Positions 19,927 through 29,849 of a DNA stretch of 64,000 nucleotides are shown here, one piece after another. The DNA is from Bradymonadales bacterium. Its GTDB lineage: Bacteria > Myxococcota_A > Bradymonadia > JAFGEP01. Location of the stretch: NCBI GenBank assembly GCA_016931535.1, contig JAFGEP010000114.1:26412-90411 (forward strand). Direction: 5' to 3'. The notes under the pieces are model-generated. The model made no database searches and was not told the DNA's origin. It was given only the letters and a program-made list of their open reading frames with translations. The position numbers were made by a program, and so were the translations under genes. Position 1 is the stretch's first letter; every line of letters starts with the position of its first letter.

Positions 19927-21093
19927 ATGGCAGCGAGTCCTGTCATCAACAACGTGAGAGCACTGACCTGGTCGTCCTACACCGCCATGTTCTTTTTAGG
20001 GGTGGGGATCACCCTGGTCGGGGCGGTCGCTCGGACAATCGGGCTCGAGGCTCACCAGATCGGGCTGTTGATCTCGGTGCAACATCTAGGGTTCGCCATC
20101 GCCGTGGTGGTTTCGGGTACTCTGGCGGACGTGGTGGGGAAAACCAGGCTGTTGCTGGCGGGCAGTATCTTGCTGGGGCCAGTTTTCTTGTTTCTGTTCG
20201 GAGGCTCTGTTTTCTGGGTCAACCTGGTGCTCATGCTGGTGATGGGCGCCGGGATCGGAGTGTACGAGGGGGTGACCGACGCCTGGCTGATCGACCTGCA
20301 CCGGGAGCGGCAGAGCCGATACGTGAGCATCAACCATTTCTTCGTCACCATCGGGGAGATCGGCATCACCCTCTACCTGGTCTTTTGGGCGGTCGGGTGG
20401 CGCGGATCGCTGGTGGGATCGGGGGTGGCCGTCCTGCTACTGGCGGCTTTTTTCGCCCTTGCAGATCAAAGGCCGCGGACCCAGGCGAACACCTCGTTTC
20501 TGGGGCAATGGCGCATCCTGCGCAATCGGCGCCCGTTGATCCTTTTGTTTGTCATCGCCATTCTGACCGTGGGGATCGAGCTGGGGACAATGGGGTACTT
20601 GACCACCTACCTGGGGGAGATCAGGGGATTTGGTCATGCGGAAAGCCAGATGGGGCTGGTCTTGTTCTTGCTGGGCGTTGCGGTGGGCAGGTTGATCATC
20701 GGCCTGGTGGTCCGGGAGGATCAGGTGATGCGATGGGTCGCCTTGCTGTTCGCGGTGGCCAGCGGGGCTTTTGTGCTGCTGTACACCACCGACCTGGGGC
20801 GGTTGTCCTTTGTCGTCGTGTTCCTGTCCGGATTTTCGGTTTCGGCGACCTTTCCCCTCCTCATCTCGCTGGTGGCCCGAGCGGCGCCGGAGGCATCGGG
20901 TGCTGCCATCGGCCTCTTGAAGGTGACCATTCCCCTGGGAGGGATGGTGGTCGCCTTTCTGATCTCCCGACTCTCCCGGACCATGCCCCTCCAGATGGCG
21001 TTGCTGGCCATCCCCGCTGCCGCTCTGCTGGGGTTGTTGGTGGTATTGGCCCTCTCCGGCCTGGACCGCCGTTTCAGCATCCGATGTAGGTGA
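19927..21093 (+). CDS. MFS transporter
   Basis: About 12 hydrophobic segments; motif A-like GTLADVVGKTR. Confidence 0.88.
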   Translation: MAASPVINNVRALTWSSYTAMFFLGVGITLVGAVARTIGLEAHQIGLLISVQHLGFAIAVVVSGTLADVVGKTRLLLAGSILLGPVFLFLFGGSVFWVNLVLMLVMGAGIGVYEGVTDAWLIDLHRERQSRYVSINHFFVTIGEIGITLYLVFWAVGWRGSLVGSGVAVLLLAAFFALADQRPRTQANTSFLGQWRILRNRRPLILLFVIAILTVGIELGTMGYLTTYLGEIRGFGHAESQMGLVLFLLGVAVGRLIIGLVVREDQVMRWVALLFAVASGAFVLLYTTDLGRLSFVVVFLSGFSVSATFPLLISLVARAAPEASGAAIGLLKVTIPLGGMVVAFLISRLSRTMPLQMALLAIPAAALLGLLVVLALSGLDRRFSIRCR

Positions 21094-21487
21094 TGGCATC
21101 GAGCAGCAGCTCGCCGACCATCACCTGGACGGCAACGGGTTTCCGCAGGTTGCCTTCCAGCTCCAGGGTCTCGACGGCGCGAACCTCCGATCCGGACAGG
21201 TCGAGCCAGACGACGCCGGTGAGCACGCGGGATGGATTGCCGAGGTCAGCTACCATCAGCGGCACCTCCCGGTCTCCCACTCGCCTGGTGATGCGGCGAA
21301 ATCCGAGGCAGACAGCAGGGGCGAACGGGATGCTCCTTCCCACCAGGGCGGACATCCGGGCGGGGTCCTGCAGAGCGCCGCACACGAACAGGTTGACCTT
21401 CCCTGCCAGGTAGTCTGGGGCGGGGTCCGCGGGGCCGTCGATAAAGAGGAGCGCGCTGATCTGGGGTTGGTAGCGGGGCTGATACAT
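21074..21487 (-). CDS. Gamma-glutamylcyclotransferase (AIG2-like) family protein
   Basis: LFVCGAL (cf. LFVYGTL), V.GVVW.DLS..EV..VE.LE, A.TY. Confidence 0.7.
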   Translation of the reverse strand: MYQPRYQPQISALLFIDGPADPAPDYLAGKVNLFVCGALQDPARMSALVGRSIPFAPAVCLGFRRITRRVGDREVPLMVADLGNPSRVLTGVVWLDLSGSEVRAVETLELEGNLRKPVAVQVMVGELLLDAITYIGC

Positions 21488-21562
21488 GGCAGTTTCACCG
21501 AGAGAGTACGGGAGTGGTCAGCAACTGTCGATTCCAGGCTCCATTGGACAAGAGTGGGCGAA

Positions 21563-23068
21563 TCACGAGGTGGCTTCGGTTGGCAGCACCCGTTCACTTT
21601 GGGCGGCCCGGTAGCAGATCTCTCTGAGCTCCAATGCGGCAACCAGGTCGTCGGGCCGGATCGGGGACAGCAGACGGCCCCGCAGGAGCTCGAGGAACTG
21701 CTCGGCCCCATGGCGGTAGACACAATCCCAGGCTGCCTCCAGGCCGGACTCCACGCCCAGCGAGTAGGCCTGACGCCCGACCCGGACGAAGATGGGCGCG
21801 GCCTGAGTGCGTCGGGCCATTCCTCTTCTGAGCCAGATGATGCCATCGGAACCCGCGACTTCGGCCTCCAGGTCATAGGGCAGATGCTTGGTCTCAAGCC
21901 AAAGCCCGGGGGCGAAGGTGACCTCCAGATGCCCGAAACAGCCGGGGTTTTTCCACTTGCAGGCGATCAGACCCTGTCCACCACGAAGCGGATCCATGGG
22001 GTTCAGGTAGGCGGCCACCCGCTCCACCGGACCGCCGAAAAAGAGCAGCAGCAGTAGCTGGTCGAAGGCCGGATGGGCCAGGTATCGCTCGGCGGGAGGT
22101 CGGCTGTCCCATGAGTGCGCAGTCTTCTTGTCGGGCGGATCGCCGGAACCGATCTCCTGGTGGATCGATGGGGTCAAGCCGTCATCGATCTGCGTCGATC
22201 TCGGTCGGTTCCCTTCGTGGAGGAGCTCTCCAGGGATGGCGGACAGGGGTGCGCCGTCCTGTGGTGGGGTCGCCGTCCCCAGGGTGGCCCGGATCCGCAG
22301 GCCGCAGATCTCGCCGATCTCGCCGGCTGCGAGCAGCCGCTTCACCTCGTGCACGGGGGGGTAGAAGAGGTAGGGATGGTATAGCCGGATCGGGTTGCCC
22401 AGCTGTTGGGCCGCATCGAGCAGACGTCTCAGGGTCCGGGGATCGTCGAGGCAGCTCGCATGGAGGGAGAGGCCGAGTCCCTGTCTTAGGGCGGCGACGG
22501 AAAGCTCCTCATCGAGGGGGCCCGGCCCGCCGATCTCCAGCCCATCGAGGTGCGCAAGCGAGAGGGCTGACTGATCCTGGCACGAAACGACCTGGACCTC
22601 CGGGGAGCTCTGGTAGATCTCGTGCAGCCTCTGCAGATCGTAGCTGTCACCCACCAGCGCGATCCGAAAAGGCTCTTCGGGTTTCCGGGGGCCCCTGACC
22701 GATCGATCGGCCCGATGGGCCGTGATGAAGGGGGTTCTCCGTGGATTGACCTGGTGGGTCAGGATCCCCTGGATGAGGGCCTTGAGCTGTGCGGGTCGGC
22801 ATTTGAGGACCATTCGCCGCAAGGCGTCCCAGCCGCGGGGATCGTTGCGGATCAGATCCTCGACGTCCTCGAGGGCCACAGCGCGCAGCGGTCCACCCAG
22901 CTTGAACAGGCGCAGGAACCAGCCCAAAAAAGAGAGACCGGCCAGAAGGAGCCGCTTCGGGAGCCGGACCACCAACCTGGCGGCCTTCATGGCGATCCAG
23001 GAGAGCAGGCGTCGGTACAGGGGGCTGGTTGGCTTGACCTTTTCGATCGGGAGGACGGGCTGCATCAT
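21563..23068 (-). CDS. Divergent Gfo/Idh/MocA-like protein with N-terminal hydrophobic extension
   Basis: FYPPV..VK.LL.AG.IGE block shared with the upstream oxidoreductase; EVAGSDGII; nucleotide-binding motif degenerate. Confidence 0.65.
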   Translation of the reverse strand: MMQPVLPIEKVKPTSPLYRRLLSWIAMKAARLVVRLPKRLLLAGLSFLGWFLRLFKLGGPLRAVALEDVEDLIRNDPRGWDALRRMVLKCRPAQLKALIQGILTHQVNPRRTPFITAHRADRSVRGPRKPEEPFRIALVGDSYDLQRLHEIYQSSPEVQVVSCQDQSALSLAHLDGLEIGGPGPLDEELSVAALRQGLGLSLHASCLDDPRTLRRLLDAAQQLGNPIRLYHPYLFYPPVHEVKRLLAAGEIGEICGLRIRATLGTATPPQDGAPLSAIPGELLHEGNRPRSTQIDDGLTPSIHQEIGSGDPPDKKTAHSWDSRPPAERYLAHPAFDQLLLLLFFGGPVERVAAYLNPMDPLRGGQGLIACKWKNPGCFGHLEVTFAPGLWLETKHLPYDLEAEVAGSDGIIWLRRGMARRTQAAPIFVRVGRQAYSLGVESGLEAAWDCVYRHGAEQFLELLRGRLLSPIRPDDLVAALELREICYRAAQSERVLPTEATS

Positions 23069-23156
23069 CGGAGTCCTCTGTGCCTGGCTTCAGGTCCTGC
23101 TTGTTGTCCAATCGGTGCGGTCCCCGCGGCGACTGCACTCGAGAGGATCCCCCATC

Positions 23157-24260
23157 TCACGGCGATAGCTCCAGCTCGCGACGGACCAGGTCGTCGGTGA
23201 CCTCGTCGGGCCGGATCTCGCGGCCCGTCCTGGCGGCGACGATCAGCGCGTAGGCGAACTTCAGGAGTTCCAGCGCCCTGGCTGCCGAGATCAGCGTTTC
23301 ACGCCCCTCGACCAGGGCTCGGGGAAAATCGCGGATGCCGGCGGTGAAGCTGGCCTGCCAGTCGGTTTCCAGATCGTCGAGCTCGATCCGTTGCCCACCC
23401 CGAACCAGGATGAGCGGCGCCTCGTCCACCAGCCGGCCGGTACATCCGGTGAGCTGCATCATCCCCTCGGTGCCCACGAGATCGATGCGCTCGTCGGCCG
23501 GGAAGTAGGCGGAGTGGGTATAGAGGTTGGGGGAGAAGGCCAGGTCGAAGCTTCCCAGGGTGTCGGAGTCCCGGTACCGCCAGATGAGCTGGCCCGGCTC
23601 GTCGATGAACTCGAAGGAGCGATCGATGAACCCCTTGACGGCCTCGATCGGTCCGATGAAATGAACCGCCAGGGAAAGCTTGTGGTAGCCGTCGTCGAAG
23701 ACCGCCTGGCCCATGCCCTTCTCCGACTCCATCAGGTGCCAAAGCTCGCTTTTCAGCGGGATCCAGCGCGAGCCGAACAGGCTGGAACCCAGCTTGAAGC
23801 GGATGGTCAAGGGCCGTCCGATCGCTCCCGCGTCGAGCAGCTCCTTGGCCTTGACGTAGGGGGGGTAGAAGACGAAGTTCTCGAGGATCCGGAGCCGGCC
23901 TGGGCTTCGGCGCTCTGCCTCGATCATCGCTTGGGCGTCGGCGACGGTGGTGGCGATCGGCTTCTGGCAGGCCACGTGCTTGCCGGCGTCGAGCGCCTCG
24001 ACCACCACCTGGCGATGGAGGTGGTGAGGCAGGTTGATCTCCACGATGTCGATCTCGGGATCCTCCAGGATCTGGGCATAGTCCCGGCAGGTGCGGTCGA
24101 TCCCCCACTGGGCGGCTCGCCGGGCCAGCAGGGTCTCATCGACGTCGCACAGGGCGACGAGCCGGGCCAGCTCGAAATCCCGGTAGGCGGGACGATGGAG
24201 CGCCGTGATGTCCCCGACCCCGATCATGGCGACCTGGAAGGTCCTCGATGGCGTACTCAT
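23157..24260 (-). CDS. Gfo/Idh/MocA family oxidoreductase
   Basis: VAMIGVGDI, IDIVEINLPHHLH, AGKHVACQKP, DDGYH. Confidence 0.9.
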   Translation of the reverse strand: MSTPSRTFQVAMIGVGDITALHRPAYRDFELARLVALCDVDETLLARRAAQWGIDRTCRDYAQILEDPEIDIVEINLPHHLHRQVVVEALDAGKHVACQKPIATTVADAQAMIEAERRSPGRLRILENFVFYPPYVKAKELLDAGAIGRPLTIRFKLGSSLFGSRWIPLKSELWHLMESEKGMGQAVFDDGYHKLSLAVHFIGPIEAVKGFIDRSFEFIDEPGQLIWRYRDSDTLGSFDLAFSPNLYTHSAYFPADERIDLVGTEGMMQLTGCTGRLVDEAPLILVRGGQRIELDDLETDWQASFTAGIRDFPRALVEGRETLISAARALELLKFAYALIVAARTGREIRPDEVTDDLVRRELELSP

Positions 24261-24636
24261 GGTCTTTCCTACAGATGTCCGGAGTGAACGAGCAAGCCAT
24301 ACCAGATCGGAGCGAATCCGGCATCTGGATCGTGGGCGGCGGGCCCAGCGAGAACCGATGAGGCGCAGATCTTCAGGGCGAGCAACGAGCGGGGGGTTGT
24401 TTTCACTCACCATCGAACCCCTCCCGGAACCGCCGAATGCCGAGGCATGCTCCATGCCTCCCGTGCGGATGGGGCCTTTGGCGACAGGGAACCCGGGGGT
24501 GAGAAGGCCGGTCCACCAGCAGATGCGCGAGAGATCGGAGAGGCGGGGCCCGGCCTCCCGGTTGTTGCCCGCTTGCACACATGCTAAGTTCTGGCTGGCT
24601 AAAAATATCGAGATCCGAACACAAAAGAAGGTCGAC

Positions 24637-25224
24637 ATGGACGAGCAGCCAAAGATCTCTTCAAGCGCCCTGGACAAGGAATCGCGGATCAACCTGATCA
24701 ACCGGCGGTCGGTCGCCTGGCTGCTGGAGGTGGCAGCGATCAACGCCGTGGTCGCGCCGGTGGTGCTGGCTGTGTACTTCCACGCCCGGCCAGTGGTCCT
24801 GGCGGAGCTGGCCCAGGGCACTACCGCCGTGCTATTCCCCATCCAGCTGGCCATCTGGGGTGTCTACCTGGCCATCCGCGATCTCGTGGGAGCCACCAGT
24901 TTCGGGAAATACCTGGTCGGATTGGGGCTTGCGCCTTCTGGGGATTCCGCCGGAAGAGTGCCGATCGGATCGCGGGTGCTGCGGAACCTCCCGCTGATCA
25001 TCCCATTCGTGCCGGTGATCGAGTTTGTGATCGCCTACTATGGAAACGACCAGATGCAGAGGCTGGGAGACAAGCTGGCCAAGACGCAGGTGGTCGACCT
25101 CGACACCAGAAAGAGCCTGGGAAGCTGGAGCGGTATGCTGTTGCTCGCCTTCCTGCTATTTCTGGGTATCAACTTCTTGCTTGTGCCCAGGCTGATCGCG
25201 CTCTACCTCGGCTGGCTTGGATGA
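24637..25224 (+). CDS. RDD family membrane protein
   Basis: RR.VA.LLE, G.TSFGK.LVGL, R.LRNL, QRLGDKLAKTQVV. Confidence 0.85.
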   Translation: MDEQPKISSSALDKESRINLINRRSVAWLLEVAAINAVVAPVVLAVYFHARPVVLAELAQGTTAVLFPIQLAIWGVYLAIRDLVGATSFGKYLVGLGLAPSGDSAGRVPIGSRVLRNLPLIIPFVPVIEFVIAYYGNDQMQRLGDKLAKTQVVDLDTRKSLGSWSGMLLLAFLLFLGINFLLVPRLIALYLGWLG

Positions 25225-25574
25225 TCCGGGGGACAGGTTGACGGTTGATCGGTTCGCCCTCCTGGCGCCTGCAACTCAGTTCCAGCCAGCCTCTCCCTGA
25301 GATCCTGGAGCAACCTGCCTGCTGCCACGCGTTGGACCGCCCGCCGCATCGACCACGGATCCGTTCCCAGGACGGTCTTCTTTTCCGCCGCCTCCTGTCG
25401 GCCGACAGCCCAGCGCGATCGGTCGATCCGGTCAGAGACCCCGACAGCGCCCATCAAATAACTGTCGGGGCATGGCGCCCATGTCGCGATCGAGGGTTTT
25501 TCGGGAGGCTTCCCAACCAGCGGAACCGGGAGTCGCTTTGTCCAAAGGCGGCTCCAACCGGGGGGTATGGATTT

Positions 25575-25589
25575 TGGCAAGGCACTTGC
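25575..25589 (+). promoter_or_regulatory. Putative sigma-54 (-24/-12) promoter
   Basis: TGGCAAGGCACTTGC has exact GG-N10-GC spacing, about 68 nt upstream of ATG 25657. Confidence 0.65.
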
Positions 25590-25656
25590 TAGAGTGATCG
25601 GGCAGCCTGATGGAATCGCCAGTGTGAACAGCCCCATCGAGAGGGAGGAAATAGCC

Positions 25657-26829
25657 ATGATGCGACGAGCTGGTTTGGTGTCTGTTTTTGCTTTGGTCTT
25701 GGGAGGACTCACCGGCCTGGCCTGGGCCGAGGGGGAGGAGTGCACTGCCGACTCGGAGTGCGCGGAGGGTGAGGCATGCATCATGATGCCTTGTGCCATG
25801 CCCTGCGATCCAGACGAGGCGGGAGCTTGCGAGGAGACCTGCGACCCGGTCGGGATGTGCATGGTGGTGGAGGAAGACCCCTTCTGGTCGGAGTGCCAGG
25901 TAGACGAGGACTGCCCCTCTGGTTTTGTCTGCGAGGAGATCGGGGGTGTCGGCTGTTTGGTTCCTCCCTGTCCCGAGGGAGAGGAGTGCCCCGTGCCGCC
26001 GGAATGCGAGGAGGAGACGATCTACGGCTGCGTGCCGGCGCCTTGCCTGAGCGATGCCGACTGCGCGCCGGGTCTGGTCTGCCTGTCGGTCACCTACGAG
26101 ATGTGCGAGGGGATGGCACGACCTGACTGCGACCCGGAGGATGACGATTGCGACGGCGGTTCGGAAGGGGGGGAAGAGGTCACCTGCGAAACTTACAGCG
26201 AGAGCTTCTGTGCTCCGCCCTACCTGGCCCCCTGTGCCGAGGACGCCGATTGCGGGGAGGGCTTCCGCTGTGTCGAGGCCGAAGAATGCGTCTGTGAGGC
26301 CAACGCGGTCGTGCGCGATGAGACCACAGGAGAGGGAAGCAGCGACTCCAGCGGTTCCGAGGGCGGTGGTGCGACCGACGAGGAGGAGCCGGAGTTCGAC
26401 TGCACCTGCGAGCCCAGCGGCCAGTTCTACTGCGAACCCCAGCAGATCGCCTGCGAGGACAACGAGGACTGCCCCGAAGGATGGATCTGTGAGGATATCC
26501 CTGACATGACCACCCCTTGCGAATGGGACGAGGAGCTCCAGGACCTGGTCTGCGAGGAGCCGGCCGAGGAGATGCCCGATCTCTGCATGCCTCCCTTCTG
26601 GAATGCCTGGGGAGCCTCCAGCGATGGATCGGGGTACACCGAGGCGCTCGATGAGGCCAGTGGGGGTAACGAATCCCGCGCCATGCCGGTCGTCGTGGCG
26701 GATCCCGACGATCAAACGCCCCACGTAGGTGGAGGCTCCGGTTGCCAGGTGGCGACCGGTCGAGGTACCTGGGCCGCCTCCCTGCTGGGCCTGTTCGCAC
26801 TGGTGCTGGCCGTGCGGCGCCGGAAGTGA
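25657..26829 (+). CDS. Cys-rich acidic surface protein with MYXO-CTERM-type sorting signal
   Basis: GGAGG RBS, signal peptide, repeated CxxDxDCxxGxxC units, C-terminal GSGCQV..LLGLFALVLAVRRRK. Confidence 0.88.
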   Translation: MMRRAGLVSVFALVLGGLTGLAWAEGEECTADSECAEGEACIMMPCAMPCDPDEAGACEETCDPVGMCMVVEEDPFWSECQVDEDCPSGFVCEEIGGVGCLVPPCPEGEECPVPPECEEETIYGCVPAPCLSDADCAPGLVCLSVTYEMCEGMARPDCDPEDDDCDGGSEGGEEVTCETYSESFCAPPYLAPCAEDADCGEGFRCVEAEECVCEANAVVRDETTGEGSSDSSGSEGGGATDEEEPEFDCTCEPSGQFYCEPQQIACEDNEDCPEGWICEDIPDMTTPCEWDEELQDLVCEEPAEEMPDLCMPPFWNAWGASSDGSGYTEALDEASGGNESRAMPVVVADPDDQTPHVGGGSGCQVATGRGTWAASLLGLFALVLAVRRRK

Positions 26830-26883
26830 ATCGCCAGCGGGCCGCAAACCGCTGAAGTCCTATCGACGATCGCTACCTCACAA

Positions 26884-26946
26884 ACCACAACACGCACCCT
26901 GCAGCCCGCAATCTGCACCCTGCAGCCCGCAATCCGCAACCTGCGC
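26884..26946. repeat. Heptamer tandem repeat, about 9 degenerate units (YCYGCAN)
   Basis: accacaa cacgcac cctgcag cccgcaa tctgcac cctgcag cccgcaa tccgcaa cctgcgc. Confidence 0.8.
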
Positions 26947-27138
26947 GCATCGCTTCCTTGGGGAACTTTCTGCACCGCAGCGCGAGCCCGGGCTTGAAAG
27001 ACTTGAAAGGTGAAGCCGACGAGCGGATGCAGGGCAAGAATTGCGACCCCTGCTGCGCTGATCGCTCGCGCTCACTCTCATGCTCAGGTACAGGTCGAGG
27101 GGAACCACTCCCGGGAGGTTGCCCCCTGCTCCTTCTCC

Positions 27139-28047
27139 CTACAGCCCCAACCTGCGGACTTCCATGGCGCTGGTGAAATGCTCGTCGGACTCGCCGGGGT
27201 AGCTGGTGGCTCGGGCCACCTCGCCGTAGCACTCGAACAGGAAGGAGACCATCCTCTGGGAAGTGGCGGTTCCCACGGCCGGACTGAGCACGGTGTGCGT
27301 GCGCACCAGGAGAGCCTGGGTGAAGGTCAGATCGGGAAGGAGCAGGCGCCCTGACCCGTCCACAACCACCTGGTAGGTGTCCCTGCCCGCGTAGGGCAAC
27401 CCCCGGTACAGCCCGTCCGTGATCTCTGCTGTCGCAATCCAGGTGTCACCGGGCTTCAGGGGAAACCGATAGAGCAATATGGGCGTATCGTACACGAGAA
27501 GGGTACGGCCTTCGGGGGGATCGGGGTCGGTGGAGGCCACTCCGAGAAGGTAGAGACCGGTGGAGTCGTGAAGATAGACCGCTTCGGTTGCTCCGTCGGC
27601 GTCGAAGGCGGTGACGAACTGCCCGGTCGGGAAAGAGGCGGCGTACCACCTGCCGGTCAGCAGGGAGGCGCTGAGTCGGACCACCTGGTCGCTGGCGTAG
27701 TCGGCGCCCCAGTCCCACACCCGCCTGTCGGATGGGTCCAGCGCACCGATGCTGTCGATGGCACGCGCCTGACCGGCAGGCGAGATCAGGTAGGAGATGG
27801 GGACATCAACCGCGGGCTGGAGCTCGTCGGCATCGATCTGGCCATCGAGGTTGGGGATGCAGGTGAGCGGAGGTAGCAGCTCCGGCTCGTACTCCTGGCG
27901 ATCGGGGGGAAAGGACAGGTTGTCGGAACAGGCGAGAGTGGTGATCCAGAGCAGTGCGGCGAGGAGCGGCAGGAAAGAGGCCCCAGGTCGAGATCCGGGT
28001 CGACTGTCGGCCCCAAATCCCCGGGCTCGGTGCTCAGGATCAACCAC
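27139..28047 (-). CDS. Hypothetical lipoprotein, paralog of 30913-31923
   Basis: Lipobox TLAC; CIPNLDGQID, FECYGEV..EVRRL; GTG start chosen after GAGGA because the upstream ORF extension is repeat-derived. Confidence 0.75.
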   Translation of the reverse strand: MVDPEHRARGFGADSRPGSRPGASFLPLLAALLWITTLACSDNLSFPPDRQEYEPELLPPLTCIPNLDGQIDADELQPAVDVPISYLISPAGQARAIDSIGALDPSDRRVWDWGADYASDQVVRLSASLLTGRWYAASFPTGQFVTAFDADGATEAVYLHDSTGLYLLGVASTDPDPPEGRTLLVYDTPILLYRFPLKPGDTWIATAEITDGLYRGLPYAGRDTYQVVVDGSGRLLLPDLTFTQALLVRTHTVLSPAVGTATSQRMVSFLFECYGEVARATSYPGESDEHFTSAMEVRRLGL

Positions 28048-28075
28048 ATCTTGGTGATTCCTCTTGATGAGAGCA

Positions 28076-28140
28076 GTAGGGACAGGTCTTGCCCTGCCCT
28101 CGTCTTCGGGGAAACGGGGCGCAGCAAGTGCCGCCCCTAC
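28076..28140. repeat. GTAG-family REP doublet
   Basis: GTAGGGACAGG...CCTGCCC followed in inverted orientation by GGGCGCAGC...GCCGCCCCTAC. Confidence 0.75.
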
Positions 28141-28163
28141 GTCTTGGTATGTGGCCCGGGACA

Positions 28164-28272
28164 GGGATGGTGGCATGTCAGGTCTCGCTCGCATGATCAG
28201 GTCTCCAGCGTGTGCGTCTTGGGATTGCGCCATTGGGGATGGCGGCATGTCAGGTCTCGCTCGCATGATCAG
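28164..28272. repeat. 37-bp direct repeat, two copies (28164-28200 and 28236-28272)
   Basis: GGGATGG(T/C)GGCATGTCAGGTCTCGCTCGCATGATCAG with one mismatch. Confidence 0.92.
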
Positions 28273-29849
28273 AATCCATAGACCAGGCGCACGCGGAGAA
28301 GCTGCGCGGGTTTGGCGGGCAGCTCGGCGGTCGGGTTGTCCAGGCCGGACAACGGGAACAGCACCGCGTGCTCGAGTGCCGCCGAGAAGCTGGAGTACCG
28401 AAACAACAGGGTGGGATCGATCTCCACTCCAAGGGGATTGTCCCCTCCCGGCGTGGAAGCGCTCTGTACGGCCCAGGATGCGACGGCTGCCACGGCGAGC
28501 TCGAGGTCCCCCGGTCCGAAACGGGCCACCCGCCAGCGCAGGTGAGGTCGGAGATAGAAGGCATCGGTGACGGTGCCGACGATCTCCCGGAAGAGGATTC
28601 GATCCACCCGGTAATCGGGGTGAAACCGGAAGTTGTCGATCCGGTTGTCATGGGGAGGAGCCGCCTGGGGGCCGTCGAGGTCGCCCGGCCGAGGGGCCGC
28701 GCCGGTCTCGTCGGGAAAAGCCCCGAAACCGGGGGTCGGATCGCCGCTGGCCATCCCGAGGTCGATTCCGAAGGAGAAGGCGGCTTGAGGTTCGCCGATC
28801 TCACTCTCCACAGCCAGGCCATACTGGGTGCCCGAGACCGGCTCATGCAGCAACACCCCGGGGATCAGCGAAGGCTGGTCGAAGCGGGCCAGCATCAAAG
28901 CCCCTTCGGCCTCGATCCTCAGGCTGGGCAAGGTCAGCCGAAGCCAGGCATCAAAGGCGGTGGCGGTGAACCCTCGAGCCATGACCTGAGTCGGGCCGAT
29001 CTGAGCCGAGGTAGCCAGCGGCAGGTAGCTGGCCGGGATGTCGTTCGTCTGCCAGCGGTGACTGACGTAGGCTCCATACTCGAAGGATGGCCTGTGGGCG
29101 CGGAGCCGTCTCAGGATGGCCAGGTCGTTGTAGTGTCGGAGCAGGGCGAAGGTCAGGGTGCGCACGTCGTCGGTGGGCTCCAGGTCGAGAGTCCGCGCGG
29201 GGTTCTGCCGCCGTGCGCTGGGGCCGGTTGCCGAGAAGTCGTAGGCGACAGCCCAGAGGTGGCCGATGAGCGGCGTGATCAATGCGATCCGGTCGCCGGC
29301 GTCCCCGCTGTCACAGTCGGCACAATCTCCACCATTGGTGAGCATGCCCAGACCCCAGTGACACCCCATGCGACCGGCTGCCAACAAGCCGAAAGGAAGC
29401 AGCATCTCTCCGTAGGCACGTCGGATGGTCACCCCGGCCAGCGGTGGCTGCTGGGTAGTGGTGCCCGCCGGGGGTCCTTCCGGAAGGCTGCCCAGCTCCA
29501 GGTTGTCCAAGAGGTCGAGGCGAAGCTTCACGGCGAGGCCGGCCGCCGGGACATAAGCCGACAGGTCCATGCGCAGCCGCATGTCGGCATGGGTCAACGA
29601 CTGGGCGGTCGGATCGGCCAGCGGGACGGGAAACAGCAGATCCCCCGAAGGGGTCGGCCCGCGGTCGAGGTCTAGGTTGTACAGATCCTCTCCCCGGATC
29701 CGAAAGAAGCCCCCCAGCTCCAGGGTGGTTTCCGAGCGCCCCTCGATGTCCTGACCGAACTCGGTGAAGCCGGTGGCATGACCTGCGAGGGGCCAAAGGA
29801 GGGCAAGCAGGGAAAACGCCAACGGCCAGCTCTGGAGAATCGGCTTCAT
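28269..29849 (-). CDS. TIGR04551-like myxobacterial outer-membrane beta-barrel protein
   Basis: Signal peptide; GFFRIRG....NLDL, RRAYGE, GRM..HWGLGML.N.G.C.DCD.GD, NFRFHPDY.VD.ILFR.IVG; C-terminal Phe. Confidence 0.8.
   Translation of the reverse strand: MKPILQSWPLAFSLLALLWPLAGHATGFTEFGQDIEGRSETTLELGGFFRIRGEDLYNLDLDRGPTPSGDLLFPVPLADPTAQSLTHADMRLRMDLSAYVPAAGLAVKLRLDLLDNLELGSLPEGPPAGTTTQQPPLAGVTIRRAYGEMLLPFGLLAAGRMGCHWGLGMLTNGGDCADCDSGDAGDRIALITPLIGHLWAVAYDFSATGPSARRQNPARTLDLEPTDDVRTLTFALLRHYNDLAILRRLRAHRPSFEYGAYVSHRWQTNDIPASYLPLATSAQIGPTQVMARGFTATAFDAWLRLTLPSLRIEAEGALMLARFDQPSLIPGVLLHEPVSGTQYGLAVESEIGEPQAAFSFGIDLGMASGDPTPGFGAFPDETGAAPRPGDLDGPQAAPPHDNRIDNFRFHPDYRVDRILFREIVGTVTDAFYLRPHLRWRVARFGPGDLELAVAAVASWAVQSASTPGGDNPLGVEIDPTLLFRYSSFSAALEHAVLFPLSGLDNPTAELPAKPAQLLRVRLVYGF

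Noticed and set aside
28048..28266. N-terminal extension of the 27139 lipoprotein with duplicated MRARPDMPPS
   Set aside because: Derived from a DNA duplication and a REP element; the signal peptide lies further downstream
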